DNA of 55,132 nucleotides from Patescibacteria group bacterium (GCA_028871115.1 JAGWOD010000004.1:1-55132); one strand, 5' to 3'; shown: positions 41,172 through 49,793, numbered from the stretch's first letter. Notes: a model not told the origin generated them from the letters alone. A program made the numbers and translations.

Positions 41172-41639
41172 ATGGCTCCCGAGGGAACAGTACTCTCCTG
41201 GACATCTCCAACGCATCTGAAGGCCGAGCGCAGTACCGACTGGTACTGGGCGCTTGGGTTACTTGCGATATGCGGCGTCATCGCTTCAGTGCTTTGGGGA
41301 AATCTCCTGTTCGCAGCAATCATCGCGCTTGGCGCGTTCATGATAGGCGTCATGGCGGCTCGAGAGCCACGGGAGTGCGAGATACATCTGAGTGCCGAGG
41401 GAATTGTGGTCGACCACGATTTTTATTCCTTTTCCTCCCTGCGCGCATTTTGGATCGAGACCCATCACGAATACCCGAAACTCTATCTCGCAACAACTGG
41501 GCTCATCCATCCGCATATTGTTATCATCCTGCGTCCCCCTGCGGGGACAGATAATGTGCACGAAATACTCTCTCGGTTTGTTCCCGAGGAAACACGCCAT
41601 TCGCTCGGCACTATTGTGGCCGAATTTCTGGGGCTCTAG
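41172..41639 (+). CDS. Hypothetical two-pass membrane protein with a soluble C-terminal domain
   Basis: 155 aa. Two adjacent TM helices (WYWALGLLAICGVIASVLWGNLLFAAIIALGAFMIGVMAA), then a roughly 90-aa tail. Confidence 0.6.
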   Translation: MAPEGTVLSWTSPTHLKAERSTDWYWALGLLAICGVIASVLWGNLLFAAIIALGAFMIGVMAAREPRECEIHLSAEGIVVDHDFYSFSSLRAFWIETHHEYPKLYLATTGLIHPHIVIILRPPAGTDNVHEILSRFVPEETRHSLGTIVAEFLGL

Positions 41640-41693
41640 AGGATAGACTCTGGAAAAAATGCCGAGTGCAGTGTAGTGTGTGGAGGTTCAATT

Positions 41694-41768
41694 CCTCTCG
41701 TAGTTCAATGGATAGAACGCAAGCTTGCGGAGCTTGTAATGCAGGTTCGATTCCTGCCGAGAGGACCA
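41694..41768 (+). tRNA. tRNA-Arg (anticodon GCG), CCA encoded
   Basis: CCTCTCG-TA-GTTC-AATGGATA-GAAC-G, anticodon stem-loop CAAGC-TTGCGGA-GCTTG, T-arm GCAGG-TTCGATT-CCTGC, CGAGAGG-A-CCA. Confidence 0.9.
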
Positions 41769-41771
41769 GCT

Positions 41772-41843
41772 GCTCCCATAGCTCAACGGATAGAGCGCAG
41801 GCCTCCGAAGCCTGAAATCGAGGTTCGAGTCCTCGTGGGAGCA
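41772..41843 (+). tRNA. tRNA-Arg (anticodon CCG)
   Basis: GCTCCCA-TA-GCTC-AACGGATA-GAGC-G, anticodon stem-loop CAGGC-CTCCGAA-GCCTG, T-arm CGAGG-TTCGAGT-CCTCG, TGGGAGC-A. No CCA. Starts 3 nt after the preceding tRNA. Confidence 0.9.
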
Positions 41844-41936
41844 CTCTAAGCACGTGTAAGGTGGGTGAAACCCAATCGTCTTACTATTTACGGGAGTAGA
41901 AGCTCCCGATGATTAGCAGCATAAACACCACCTCGT

Positions 41937-42524
41937 ATGAATCGCATATCGAGTTTCCTCGGAACGACGGCGGTTGCTGCCGCCCTCGTTCTCTCCCCGG
42001 TCATCGCTTCGGCTGAAGGGATCTCCGGCTCCGCACACGCGGGGGCAGGGATTTTCATTAGCCCAAGGGGCATTATTAAGGTCGTCGATGCGGACGTCAC
42101 GGCAGTCGGCAACGGCGTCGTGGACGCGATGAGCCAGTTCGGCAATTTGATGTTGAACTTCATCGTTAACACTTCTGCCTCGACCACCATAAAAGCCGGC
42201 GGATCGGCAAACGCTTCAACCACCGCTATCGCGGTCGGAGATAAGGTAAGCTTCGTTGGTTCACTCGCCTCAAGCACCAATTCGGTGCTCACGGTCACTG
42301 CAACTAAAATTCGTGACCTCACGAACTTTATTGCCTCAAGCACGCGCAAGCACGGCGACAACGATGCCGATGATGATGCAGCACTCTCCGGACATTCAAG
42401 TGTGGATGTGGGAACGAGTACTGACGCTGACTGGCATGGCAATGTGAGCGCAAAGGTTGGCGACAGCCACGACGGAGTTGGGTTCCTCGGTGGTCTGCAC
42501 CTGGGATTCGGCGGAGATAACTAA
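41937..42524 (+). CDS. Secreted hypothetical protein (signal peptide, Ala/Ser/Gly/Asp-rich)
   Basis: Signal peptide MNRISSFLGTTAVAAALVLSPVIASAEG, followed by a terminator. Preferred over the overlapping 184-aa minus-strand ORF, which has no signal peptide or motif. Confidence 0.55.
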   Translation: MNRISSFLGTTAVAAALVLSPVIASAEGISGSAHAGAGIFISPRGIIKVVDADVTAVGNGVVDAMSQFGNLMLNFIVNTSASTTIKAGGSANASTTAIAVGDKVSFVGSLASSTNSVLTVTATKIRDLTNFIASSTRKHGDNDADDDAALSGHSSVDVGTSTDADWHGNVSAKVGDSHDGVGFLGGLHLGFGGDN

Positions 42525-42542
42525 AGCAATAACTCCGATTAC

Positions 42543-42566
42543 AAAATGCCCCTTCGGGGCATTTTG
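42543..42566. terminator. Bidirectional intrinsic terminator between the secreted-protein gene and rpsT
   Basis: AAAATGCCCC-ttcg-GGGGCATTTT. The stem arms themselves provide U-tracts on both strands. Confidence 0.75.
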
Positions 42567-42584
42567 TATATGGGCTAAAAATAT

Positions 42585-42821
42585 TTACTTAGAAAGAAGC
42601 TTGGCGAGCTGGGATTTCTTGCGAGCCGCCGTGTTCTTCTTTATGACACCGCCCTTGAGTGCCTTGTCTATCGCCTGGTAGGCCTTAGCCAGATTCTCGC
42701 TCGAAATAGTGGTACGAATATCTTTTGCGGCTGCGCGCATTGCCCGAACACGTCTATCATTAAAAACCTTCCGGCGCATGGATTGGCGGAGTGCTTTCTT
42801 GGCCGATTTCGTAATTGCCAT
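42585..42821 (-). CDS. rpsT: 30S ribosomal protein S20
   Basis: Start at Met13 of the track ORF: MAITKSAKKALRQSMRRKVFNDRRVRAMRAAAK... Confidence 0.9.
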   Translation of the reverse strand: MAITKSAKKALRQSMRRKVFNDRRVRAMRAAAKDIRTTISSENLAKAYQAIDKALKGGVIKKNTAARKKSQLAKLLSK

Positions 42822-42883
42822 GCGCGTCACTCTACTATAAGAGAGAAGGCTCGGCAACTCTGGGTGTGGGGTATGATGAGGGC

Positions 42884-43486
42884 ATGATAGGTAAGCTCAA
42901 CGGGGTATTTGCAGGAGACGCCGGGGGCGGGACCATTCTCATCGATGTTGCGGGAGTAGGCTACGAGGTACGCGTCCCGGCGAGCGATCTTGCCGATACA
43001 TCCCTGCGCGAAGGAGACCCTGTTGAACTTTTCATTTACACCGCAGTCCGGGAAGATTCCATAGATCTCTACGGATTTCACACCAGTGAGGAACTTTCCT
43101 TCTTCAAGATGCTCCTTGGCGTTTCGGGAATTGGTCCGAAAACCGCGCTCGGCATACTTTCAATCGCTGACGTACCTTCACTTGAACGAGCGATTGGAGC
43201 AGGTGATGCAAGTATTCTCACCAAAGTATATGGAGTCGGAAAAAAGAGCGCAGAGCGTATCGTCGTGGAACTCAAAGACAAATTAGGCAAGAAAGTAATA
43301 CGCTCGGGAGCGCGGGTAGGCTCTCCAAGCGACATGGAAGTCCTCGAGGCCCTTGAATCGCTTGGATATTCAATCCCAGAGGGCCGCGCCGCCCTGCAGC
43401 ATGTCCCCGAGGAAGCCTCGGGAGTTCGCGAGAGGCTCGCAGCGGCACTTAAATATCTGGGCGCCCCGTCTAAAGCGCACTCATGA
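42884..43486 (+). CDS. ruvA: Holliday junction branch-migration complex subunit RuvA
   Basis: Start at Met24 of the track ORF: MIGKLNGVF...ILIDVAGVGYEVRVP...LYGF...E...FKMLLGVSGIGPKTALGILS. Confidence 0.9.
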   Translation: MIGKLNGVFAGDAGGGTILIDVAGVGYEVRVPASDLADTSLREGDPVELFIYTAVREDSIDLYGFHTSEELSFFKMLLGVSGIGPKTALGILSIADVPSLERAIGAGDASILTKVYGVGKKSAERIVVELKDKLGKKVIRSGARVGSPSDMEVLEALESLGYSIPEGRAALQHVPEEASGVRERLAAALKYLGAPSKAHS

Positions 43487-44763
43487 AAGAGAGTTTCGCG
43501 CGATTGTTGCGCTCTATTCTTCCCACTGCCTGGGCAAAAATTCTCTTTGACTCCTACCACCGCTCCCTTGCATTCTTCGGAGCGATTCGATATCGCCATC
43601 CCTCCCGAGAGCTACGCGTCATAGCGGTAACGGGCACTAAAGGAAAATCGACGGTAGTCGAGATCGTGCGCGCAATGTTGCGTGAAGGAGGTTTTTCCGT
43701 CGCTAGTGCAAGCACCATACGTTTCTGCATTAAAGAGAAGTGTGAGCCTAACCTCTACAAGATGACCATGGTCGGCCGCTTTTTCTTGCAGCATTTCCTG
43801 CGCCAAGCGGTCGAAGCGGGGTGCGACTATGCAGTCATTGAGATGACATCGGAAGGAGCCGTACAGTTTCGTCATAAAGGAATCGACCTTGACGGCCTCA
43901 TATTCACCAACCTCGCTCCTGAACACCTCGAAAGTCACGGCGGTATGGAAGCCTACGCTGCAGCAAAACTCTCTCTCGCAGCGCATCTTGAAGCATCTCC
44001 AAAACATATGCGCATCATCGTCGCCAACGCCGAGGATGCATACGGAGCGAAGTTTCTTGCTACAAAGGTCGAGATGCGTGTGCCGTTTTCTCTCAAAGAT
44101 GCACAACCCTACACTGTCGATGACAAAGGCGCGCGGTTCACCTGGCGCGGTGAGCTCTTTACCTCGCCACTTCCTGGTCTTTTCAATCTCAAAAATACGC
44201 TCGCCGCGCTTGCACTGTGCGAAGCACTTGGTATTCCTCGGCACGCTCTCAAGAGAGCAGTTGAAAAAACTGCCCACATCGCAGGCCGCGCCGAGCGCCT
44301 CGAGAGAGGACAGCCATTTTCCGTTGTTGTCGATTATGCCCATACTCCGGATTCTCTACGTGCTATCTATGAAACGTTCACCGCAGGAGAAGGTCGGCGC
44401 ATCTGCGTTTTGGGCTCCACCGGAGGTGGACGGGATACATGGAAGCGTCCTGCTATGGGGAACATCGCCGACAAATACTGCGACATCGCATTTCTTACGG
44501 ATGAAGATCCCTATGACGAAGACCCCCGCTCTATCGCCGAGGCGGTAGCGAAAGGTTTTGCGCGCCTTACTCCCCAGATTGTGATGGATCGACGGGAAGC
44601 GATTGCTTCGGCACTGCGGGAAGCGCGAGCGGGAGATGCGGTTCTCATCACCGGCAAGGGCACTGATCCCTATATCATGCGCGCGAAGGGAGAAAAAGAG
44701 TCTTGGAGCGACCGCCGTGTGGTTGAAGAGGAGCTTGATAAGCTCCTGTCCTCCAAAAAATAA
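43483..44763 (+). CDS. murE: Mur ligase family protein, MurE-like, with a very short N-terminal region
   Basis: P-loop VTGTKGKST at residues 49-57, DYAHTPDSL and a C-terminal ligase domain. ATGA overlap with the ruvA stop. Confidence 0.8.
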   Translation: MKESFARLLRSILPTAWAKILFDSYHRSLAFFGAIRYRHPSRELRVIAVTGTKGKSTVVEIVRAMLREGGFSVASASTIRFCIKEKCEPNLYKMTMVGRFFLQHFLRQAVEAGCDYAVIEMTSEGAVQFRHKGIDLDGLIFTNLAPEHLESHGGMEAYAAAKLSLAAHLEASPKHMRIIVANAEDAYGAKFLATKVEMRVPFSLKDAQPYTVDDKGARFTWRGELFTSPLPGLFNLKNTLAALALCEALGIPRHALKRAVEKTAHIAGRAERLERGQPFSVVVDYAHTPDSLRAIYETFTAGEGRRICVLGSTGGGRDTWKRPAMGNIADKYCDIAFLTDEDPYDEDPRSIAEAVAKGFARLTPQIVMDRREAIASALREARAGDAVLITGKGTDPYIMRAKGEKESWSDRRVVEEELDKLLSSKK

Positions 44764-44781
44764 ACCGGCTACACTACAGCC

Positions 44782-45729
44782 ATGGCGGAGGGGGAAAGGG
44801 AGAATGGCGGAGGCGGAGCATGGAGCGAATTCTGGCTCATCGTAGGCCTTCTCGCCGTTCTCGTTCTTTTTTGGTACGTAAGCGGAAAACCAGGCGCAAA
44901 TACATTAGGGAGCCTTACCATCTCTTCCCCCATCTCAACCTCGACTCCTCATAACTGGCTGCCGTTCTGGGGAGGTGCAACCGTATCGAGCGGTTCGAAC
45001 TCCTCCTATTCATACAAACCGCCGACAAACACTTTCGGAAGTGTTTCGCTCCCGGGATTCCAGACGAGCGCACTTGAGGGCGAAATCATGATTGAAGAAT
45101 ATGATGGCGCCCGCGCAAGCGATCCAGAAGAACAGTACATCACTCTTTATGCAAATCCAGGTAATTCTGGTTCGATAGATCTGAGCGGCTGGCAACTGCG
45201 AAGCATTAAGACAGGACAGAGTGTGCGTATTCCAGGAGCTGTTGAGACTGCGCTTCTCGGAGAAGCCCAGAGCCCCGGGGACGTGACGCTCGCCCCGGGA
45301 GATACGGCAGTAGTAACTACCGGTCGGTCCCCCATTGGAGTTTCATTCCTTGAAAACGAGTGCTCGCAATATCTCGCCCAGTTCCAACTTTATACACCGG
45401 GCTTTTCACTCGCGTGTCCTCTCCCCGAGAGCGAGATACAAAACACGCCGCTCGCTCAAGATCAAAGCTGCACAGAGGCCGTTGCGGGGGTTTCTCCCTG
45501 TCACACCCCCACGTCGGCTCCCTCGGGGGTTTCTCAGCAATGTTCAGATTTCATGGTCTCGCGCTTCAGTTACAACGGATGCGTACTTGCGCACCAAAAC
45601 GACACAAACTTCGAGGGTAAGCAATGGCGGATATTCCTCGGGCTTCAGAGCACACTGTGGAACAGTACGGGAGATACGATTGCACTGCTTGACCCAGAAG
45701 GACATCTGGTCGCCACAGTTACTTATTGA
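44782..45729 (+). CDS. Membrane-anchored protein with a lamin-tail-domain (LTD)-like region (tentative)
   Basis: TM helix (FWLIVGLLAVLVLFWYV), then EQYITLYANPGNSGSIDLSGWQLRS...LAPGDTAVVTTG and a C-terminal GDTIALLDPEGHLVATVTY, which resemble LTD strands. Confidence 0.55.
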   Translation: MAEGERENGGGGAWSEFWLIVGLLAVLVLFWYVSGKPGANTLGSLTISSPISTSTPHNWLPFWGGATVSSGSNSSYSYKPPTNTFGSVSLPGFQTSALEGEIMIEEYDGARASDPEEQYITLYANPGNSGSIDLSGWQLRSIKTGQSVRIPGAVETALLGEAQSPGDVTLAPGDTAVVTTGRSPIGVSFLENECSQYLAQFQLYTPGFSLACPLPESEIQNTPLAQDQSCTEAVAGVSPCHTPTSAPSGVSQQCSDFMVSRFSYNGCVLAHQNDTNFEGKQWRIFLGLQSTLWNSTGDTIALLDPEGHLVATVTY

Positions 45730-45748
45730 AATGTAGTATCATTATTTT

Positions 45749-46144
45749 ATGCTCAATCCTTTCCCCTCTCTTCTCGATTACACCTTCTTCGCTCCGACAC
45801 TTCTGCGCATTGTGGCAGCAATTGTAATTGCCGTGATGGTACGGCACCATTTCAAAAATCAGCGCGAGATCCGCGCTCTTATCCATCCAATCGTAGGAAA
45901 CCTTGCGCGCTACTTACTTGCACTCGTTCTTCTCATCGAGGCTGCAGTAGCAGTATGTCTATTTGTAGGATTTGAGACACAGCTCGCTGCTATCGTTGGA
46001 GCGCTGCTAGCCATTCGCTCGCTTCTGGTGCGCCCGCGTGTTCTTTCTCCTTTTGATCGAACCACTGATTGGCTGCTGCTCGCTGTGTGTGTGTCTCTTC
46101 TCATCACTGGCGCAGGAGGGTACGCATTTGATGTGCCGTTATAG
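45749..46144 (+). CDS. DoxX-like small membrane protein
   Basis: 131 aa with 4 TM helices, ending ITGAGGYAFDVPL (similar to the DoxX GAG-x-x-S/F-D end). Confidence 0.6.
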   Translation: MLNPFPSLLDYTFFAPTLLRIVAAIVIAVMVRHHFKNQREIRALIHPIVGNLARYLLALVLLIEAAVAVCLFVGFETQLAAIVGALLAIRSLLVRPRVLSPFDRTTDWLLLAVCVSLLITGAGGYAFDVPL

Positions 46145-46182
46145 GATTGATGAGCGTTTGATCGGGGTCTTTCCCTGACGAG

Positions 46183-46581
46183 CTACTTTGGCTGCCAATC
46201 AGTGGCTTGGAGCAAGCCAAAAACGTTGCCTTCGGTATCTACCGCACGGGAGAACCATCCCAAACCTTTCATTTCCCACTTTTCTTTACCTTGCCATGGT
46301 GCGATCTTACCTCCATTTGCTTTGATAGTCGTAATGACTTTCTCTAGATCATCTACGAGAATGGTGCAATCGAAGCTGTTGAGCTTACCCGTAGCGTCTT
46401 CGCGTTTGAAAAGTCCTCCGTTGATTCCAGGCCCCTCGCCAGTGTTGATCATCCAATAATCCATACCAACGCCAGGCATGCTTGTTTTTTCTATCTTCCA
46501 TCCAAGAGCTTTCTCATAAAATTTCTTGGCTCTCTCTGCATTGTCTGCTTGAATCTCAAAATGTATGGGTCGATTATTCAT
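46183..46581 (-). CDS. VOC/glyoxalase-family protein
   Basis: PIHFEIQADNAERAKKFYEKALGWKIE...GINGGLF...GWFSRAVDTEGNVFGLLQ. Confidence 0.8.
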   Translation of the reverse strand: MNNRPIHFEIQADNAERAKKFYEKALGWKIEKTSMPGVGMDYWMINTGEGPGINGGLFKREDATGKLNSFDCTILVDDLEKVITTIKANGGKIAPWQGKEKWEMKGLGWFSRAVDTEGNVFGLLQATDWQPK

Positions 46582-46668
46582 ATGTGTTGTATAAATACTA
46601 ATTACTTAAATTATAGCCCCTTATACATGAAATTGGCCTAATCTCGTCGCAGCTAGAGTATTAATTTG

Positions 46669-46741
46669 TCCGCCCAGAAGGACTCGAACCTTCAACAAAC
46701 GGCTTAAAAGGCCGCTGCTCTACCAATTGAGCTATGGGCGG
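46669..46741 (-). tRNA. tRNA-Lys (anticodon TTT)
   Basis: CCGCCCA-TA-GCTC-AATTGGTA-GAGC-A, anticodon stem-loop GCGGC-CTTTTAA-GCCGT, T-arm GAAGG-TTCGAGT-CCTTC, TGGGCGG-A. It has a C1-G72 first pair and no CCA. Confidence 0.85.
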
Positions 46742-46772
46742 ATGCGTTAGTTATATCAAACCTGGGGCCTTT

Positions 46773-47420
46773 TTAAAGCGTGAGTGCAAAACGCTCAAGC
46801 AGGAGCCCGAGATCCCCCGCTCCTCGGTGCGAGTCGTGATACATAACAACAAGCTCGCGTGAAACTCTCTCTAATTTTTTCCGCTCGAGAGGCGTCTGAG
46901 CGGCAGCGAGCATGGTGCGTGCCTTCCAGGCAAGCACTCCCGCTACATTTTCCGGAGCGATGCCATCTCGCAAGGCTTTGGTGAGAAGGAGCCACAGTCC
47001 TTTCCGATCCGCCCGAGCAAGGGCGGCCGAGATCTCAAATATATTAAACGCTTCTTTCTTTTCAGGCCTCTTGAGCTCATCGACGTGGGCACCAGACTTC
47101 GTAAGTTGCGTGAGGATTTTTGCGGTCACTTTTTCTTCTTCAAAAATAAAAATGTGGGGTGATTCGGAAAGTCCTTCCATTATTTCAAGCAGTGCATCCC
47201 GCCGCTCAGCGGTGTCTTCATTTTCCTCAGAAGCGGTCAAAAGTGCTCCGCGTAGAAAAAAAGATCGGTTCTCCCCTGTGAGAGTGAGTGTCCCCGCCAT
47301 GCTCGCAAGCTCGAGGGCGGAGATTGCAAGCGGATCAAGTTCCTCAAGAGCGCCTTTCACGCGCTTGCGGCGCATTTCGGCACGCTCTTGTGAAGTTCCT
47401 CCGGTGATAACGTAGAGCAT
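46773..47420 (-). CDS. Short DNA polymerase III delta (HolA)-like protein (tentative)
   Basis: 215 aa, starting 4 nt after the polA stop. The helical C-terminal half (FNIFEISAALARADRKGLWLLLTKALRDGIAPENVAGVLAWKARTML) resembles the delta-subunit domain III pattern. Confidence 0.45.
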   Translation of the reverse strand: MLYVITGGTSQERAEMRRKRVKGALEELDPLAISALELASMAGTLTLTGENRSFFLRGALLTASEENEDTAERRDALLEIMEGLSESPHIFIFEEEKVTAKILTQLTKSGAHVDELKRPEKKEAFNIFEISAALARADRKGLWLLLTKALRDGIAPENVAGVLAWKARTMLAAAQTPLERKKLERVSRELVVMYHDSHRGAGDLGLLLERFALTL

Positions 47421-47423
47421 GTA

Positions 47424-49793
47424 TTAGAGTTTTTTCATCTCTCCCCAATTTTTACCCGAGCTTCCCTCGGCAATAAGGGGGACACCGTGACGCTCCCGGG
47501 ATGAAAGGACCCCTTCCATTATCTCCTTGATCTTTGGCGTAAGCGAGGAGACCAATGAATCTTTGATCTCGAAGAGAAGCTCATCGTGAACCTGAAGAAG
47601 CATAAATGCGCCCTTATATTCCTTCTCCTCAAAGAGCGCCGCGAGCCGGATCATAGCGAGTTTTACGATATCCGACTGGGTTCCCTGCATCGGAGCATTC
47701 ACCGCCATGCGCTCCGCCGCCGCCCGCACATAGGGAATGGCCGAGCGAATACCTTCAAAATAACGACGCCGTCCGAAGAGCGTTTGCGTATAGCCGCGCC
47801 GTGCAGCATCCAACTTTGTCTCATCCAGATACTGCGATAGACGCGAGAACGTCTCAAAATAGTGGTTATAGAATTCTTGCGCCTCTTTCCTGCTTGTGCC
47901 GAGACCTTCCTTAAGCGCATTAACGCCCATACCGTAGAGAATACCGAAGTTAATAACCTTAGCCCGTCGTCGCTGTTCGTAGGTGACGTCTTTCTCTGAG
48001 ACGTTGAAGATGCGGGAAGCAACCGCAGCATGTACATCTTCTCCATGCTTAAAGATCTCCATGAGCGTCTCATCCTGCGAGAGAATGGCCGCGATACGTA
48101 ATTCAACTTGGGAATAGTCGAAAGAGACGAGGGTGAAGCCCTCTTCAGCAACAAATGCATTTCGGATCGCACGCCCAAGGTCACTTTTGATGGGAATATT
48201 CTGGAGATTGGGGTCTTGGGAAGCAATGCGTCCGGTGGTCGTACCCGTTTGTATGTAATGGGTGTGGAGGCGATCCTTCCCGTCAAGGAGCGCTGGAATA
48301 CTATCAATGTAGGTAGAAAGGAGCTTTTGGAGTTCCCGGTAGGAGAGCACCTCCCCGATGATTGGATGTTGGTCGCGCATTTTCTCGAGCTCTGATTCTC
48401 GTGTAGTGCGGGCGCCAGTAGCCGTCTTCTTTGGATTTTTGGGTACAAGACCCAATTTGTCGAAGAGCACTTCTCCGAGCTGGCGGGGTGAATTGATATT
48501 GAACTGTCCTCCTGCAAGCGCATATATCTGAAGAGCCAGTTTTTCGAGATCGGTGTGATATTTTTTCGAAAGATTCCCAAGAAGCTTGCGATCAAGGAGA
48601 ATCCCCCGCTCTTCCATCTGCCGCAGTACTGGTCGAAGCGGTAGTTCGATATCCTCATAGACGAACACGAGCTCGCGCTCCGTAAGTTCAGCAAGGATGT
48701 GCTTTCTGGCTTGCGAAAAATCTTTGCTCTTGCCGAGCCGTTCAATGTCCTCAAGGGTCGGTTCCGTTATCGAGGAATCAAGCACCCATGCGGCTAGACC
48801 GAGTTTCTCTACCTCCTCCTGGGGCGGCAGGTCGCCACGTACACTTGTTGTCTCTGAATTTTTTTCTTCCGGAGCAGCCGCGGCACCAAAAAGAGCACGC
48901 ACACGAGGCATGAGAGAGCGAAATTCAAGCTCTGAGAGGAGATCGAGCACCCGCTCGGGAGAAGCACTCTCCTTCCAAGATTTCTTTGGAAGCTCAAAAT
49001 CGATAGGAACATCCATGCGAATCTGCGCGAGCATTTTGGAGAATCGCGCCTCCTCTTCCTCAGCCGCAAGGCGCTCTAGCATACCCTCTTTTATGCCCGC
49101 CGCTTCGAGCTTTTTTGGTGCTTTTTTAAGAGCCGTATAGATGTTGTCGATCGAACCAAATGTAGAAATGAGAATGGTTGCAGTTTTTTCTCCTACTCCT
49201 TTGACCCCCGGAATATTGTCGGAAGGATCTCCGCGCAAGCCTTTATAGTCAGCGATGAGTGCGGGAGAAAATCCGAAACGGTCATTCACTCCTTTTTCGT
49301 CGTAGAGTACCGTCTCGGTAAGGCCTTTCTTGAGGGTATAAACCTTCACGCGGTCAGCCTCCACCAGCTGAAGCGTATCCATATCGCCGGAAGCGATAAT
49401 TATTTCGACATCGTTGTTCTTCTTGAGCTCCTGAGCCACGGTGCCAATAATATCGTCCGCCTCAAACCTTTCTTTTTCGTAAGAAGGAATACCGAAGGCT
49501 GCTATGACATCGCGAGAGCGTTTTATTTGTGCGACAAGGTCTTCTTGTGCCTTAGGTCGTGTTGCTTTGTATCCCTCGTAGACAAGGTGGCGAAGCGTCG
49601 GCTTAGGCAGATCGTAAGCTGCCACAATGTAGTCGGGCTTTAAATCCGAGATGATGCGCACAAGCATAGAAATGAGTCCGTAGAGAGCCCCCGTAGGCTC
49701 TCCTTTTGAGGAGGAAAAATCGGGCAGCGCGTGATAGGCGCGGTGCAAAATAGCGTGGGTATCGAGGAGCACCAAGCGCTTTTTTTCTGCCAT
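47424..49793 (-). CDS. polA: DNA polymerase I with a 5' nuclease domain and only a vestigial 3'-5' exonuclease region
   Basis: 5' nuclease motifs (LLDTHAILHRAYHA, GDMDTLQLV, GDPSDNIPGVKGVGEKTA). Pol motifs A (LVSFDYSQVELRIAA), B (RRRAKVINFGILYGM) and C (LLQVHDELLFE). Confidence 0.95.
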   Translation of the reverse strand: MAEKKRLVLLDTHAILHRAYHALPDFSSSKGEPTGALYGLISMLVRIISDLKPDYIVAAYDLPKPTLRHLVYEGYKATRPKAQEDLVAQIKRSRDVIAAFGIPSYEKERFEADDIIGTVAQELKKNNDVEIIIASGDMDTLQLVEADRVKVYTLKKGLTETVLYDEKGVNDRFGFSPALIADYKGLRGDPSDNIPGVKGVGEKTATILISTFGSIDNIYTALKKAPKKLEAAGIKEGMLERLAAEEEEARFSKMLAQIRMDVPIDFELPKKSWKESASPERVLDLLSELEFRSLMPRVRALFGAAAAPEEKNSETTSVRGDLPPQEEVEKLGLAAWVLDSSITEPTLEDIERLGKSKDFSQARKHILAELTERELVFVYEDIELPLRPVLRQMEERGILLDRKLLGNLSKKYHTDLEKLALQIYALAGGQFNINSPRQLGEVLFDKLGLVPKNPKKTATGARTTRESELEKMRDQHPIIGEVLSYRELQKLLSTYIDSIPALLDGKDRLHTHYIQTGTTTGRIASQDPNLQNIPIKSDLGRAIRNAFVAEEGFTLVSFDYSQVELRIAAILSQDETLMEIFKHGEDVHAAVASRIFNVSEKDVTYEQRRRAKVINFGILYGMGVNALKEGLGTSRKEAQEFYNHYFETFSRLSQYLDETKLDAARRGYTQTLFGRRRYFEGIRSAIPYVRAAAERMAVNAPMQGTQSDIVKLAMIRLAALFEEKEYKGAFMLLQVHDELLFEIKDSLVSSLTPKIKEIMEGVLSSRERHGVPLIAEGSSGKNWGEMKKL

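Noticed and set aside
41676-41700. T-arm-like hairpin GGAGG-TTCAATT-CCTCT just upstream of, and overlapping the first bases of, tRNA-Arg(GCG). Considered as a tRNA remnant or att-site scar.
   Set aside because: No complementary acceptor strand, D-arm or anticodon arm can be drawn in the preceding 70 nt. The sequence does not repeat the 3' end of any tRNA in the window, including tRNA-Ser at the other side of the A/T-rich islet. It is most likely a chance or pre-tRNA leader hairpin.
41888-42442. 184-aa minus-strand ORF overlapping the secreted-protein gene.
   Set aside because: The plus-strand frame has a canonical signal peptide, a sensible upstream spacer after the tRNAs and a terminator right after its stop. 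The minus-strand frame has none of these.
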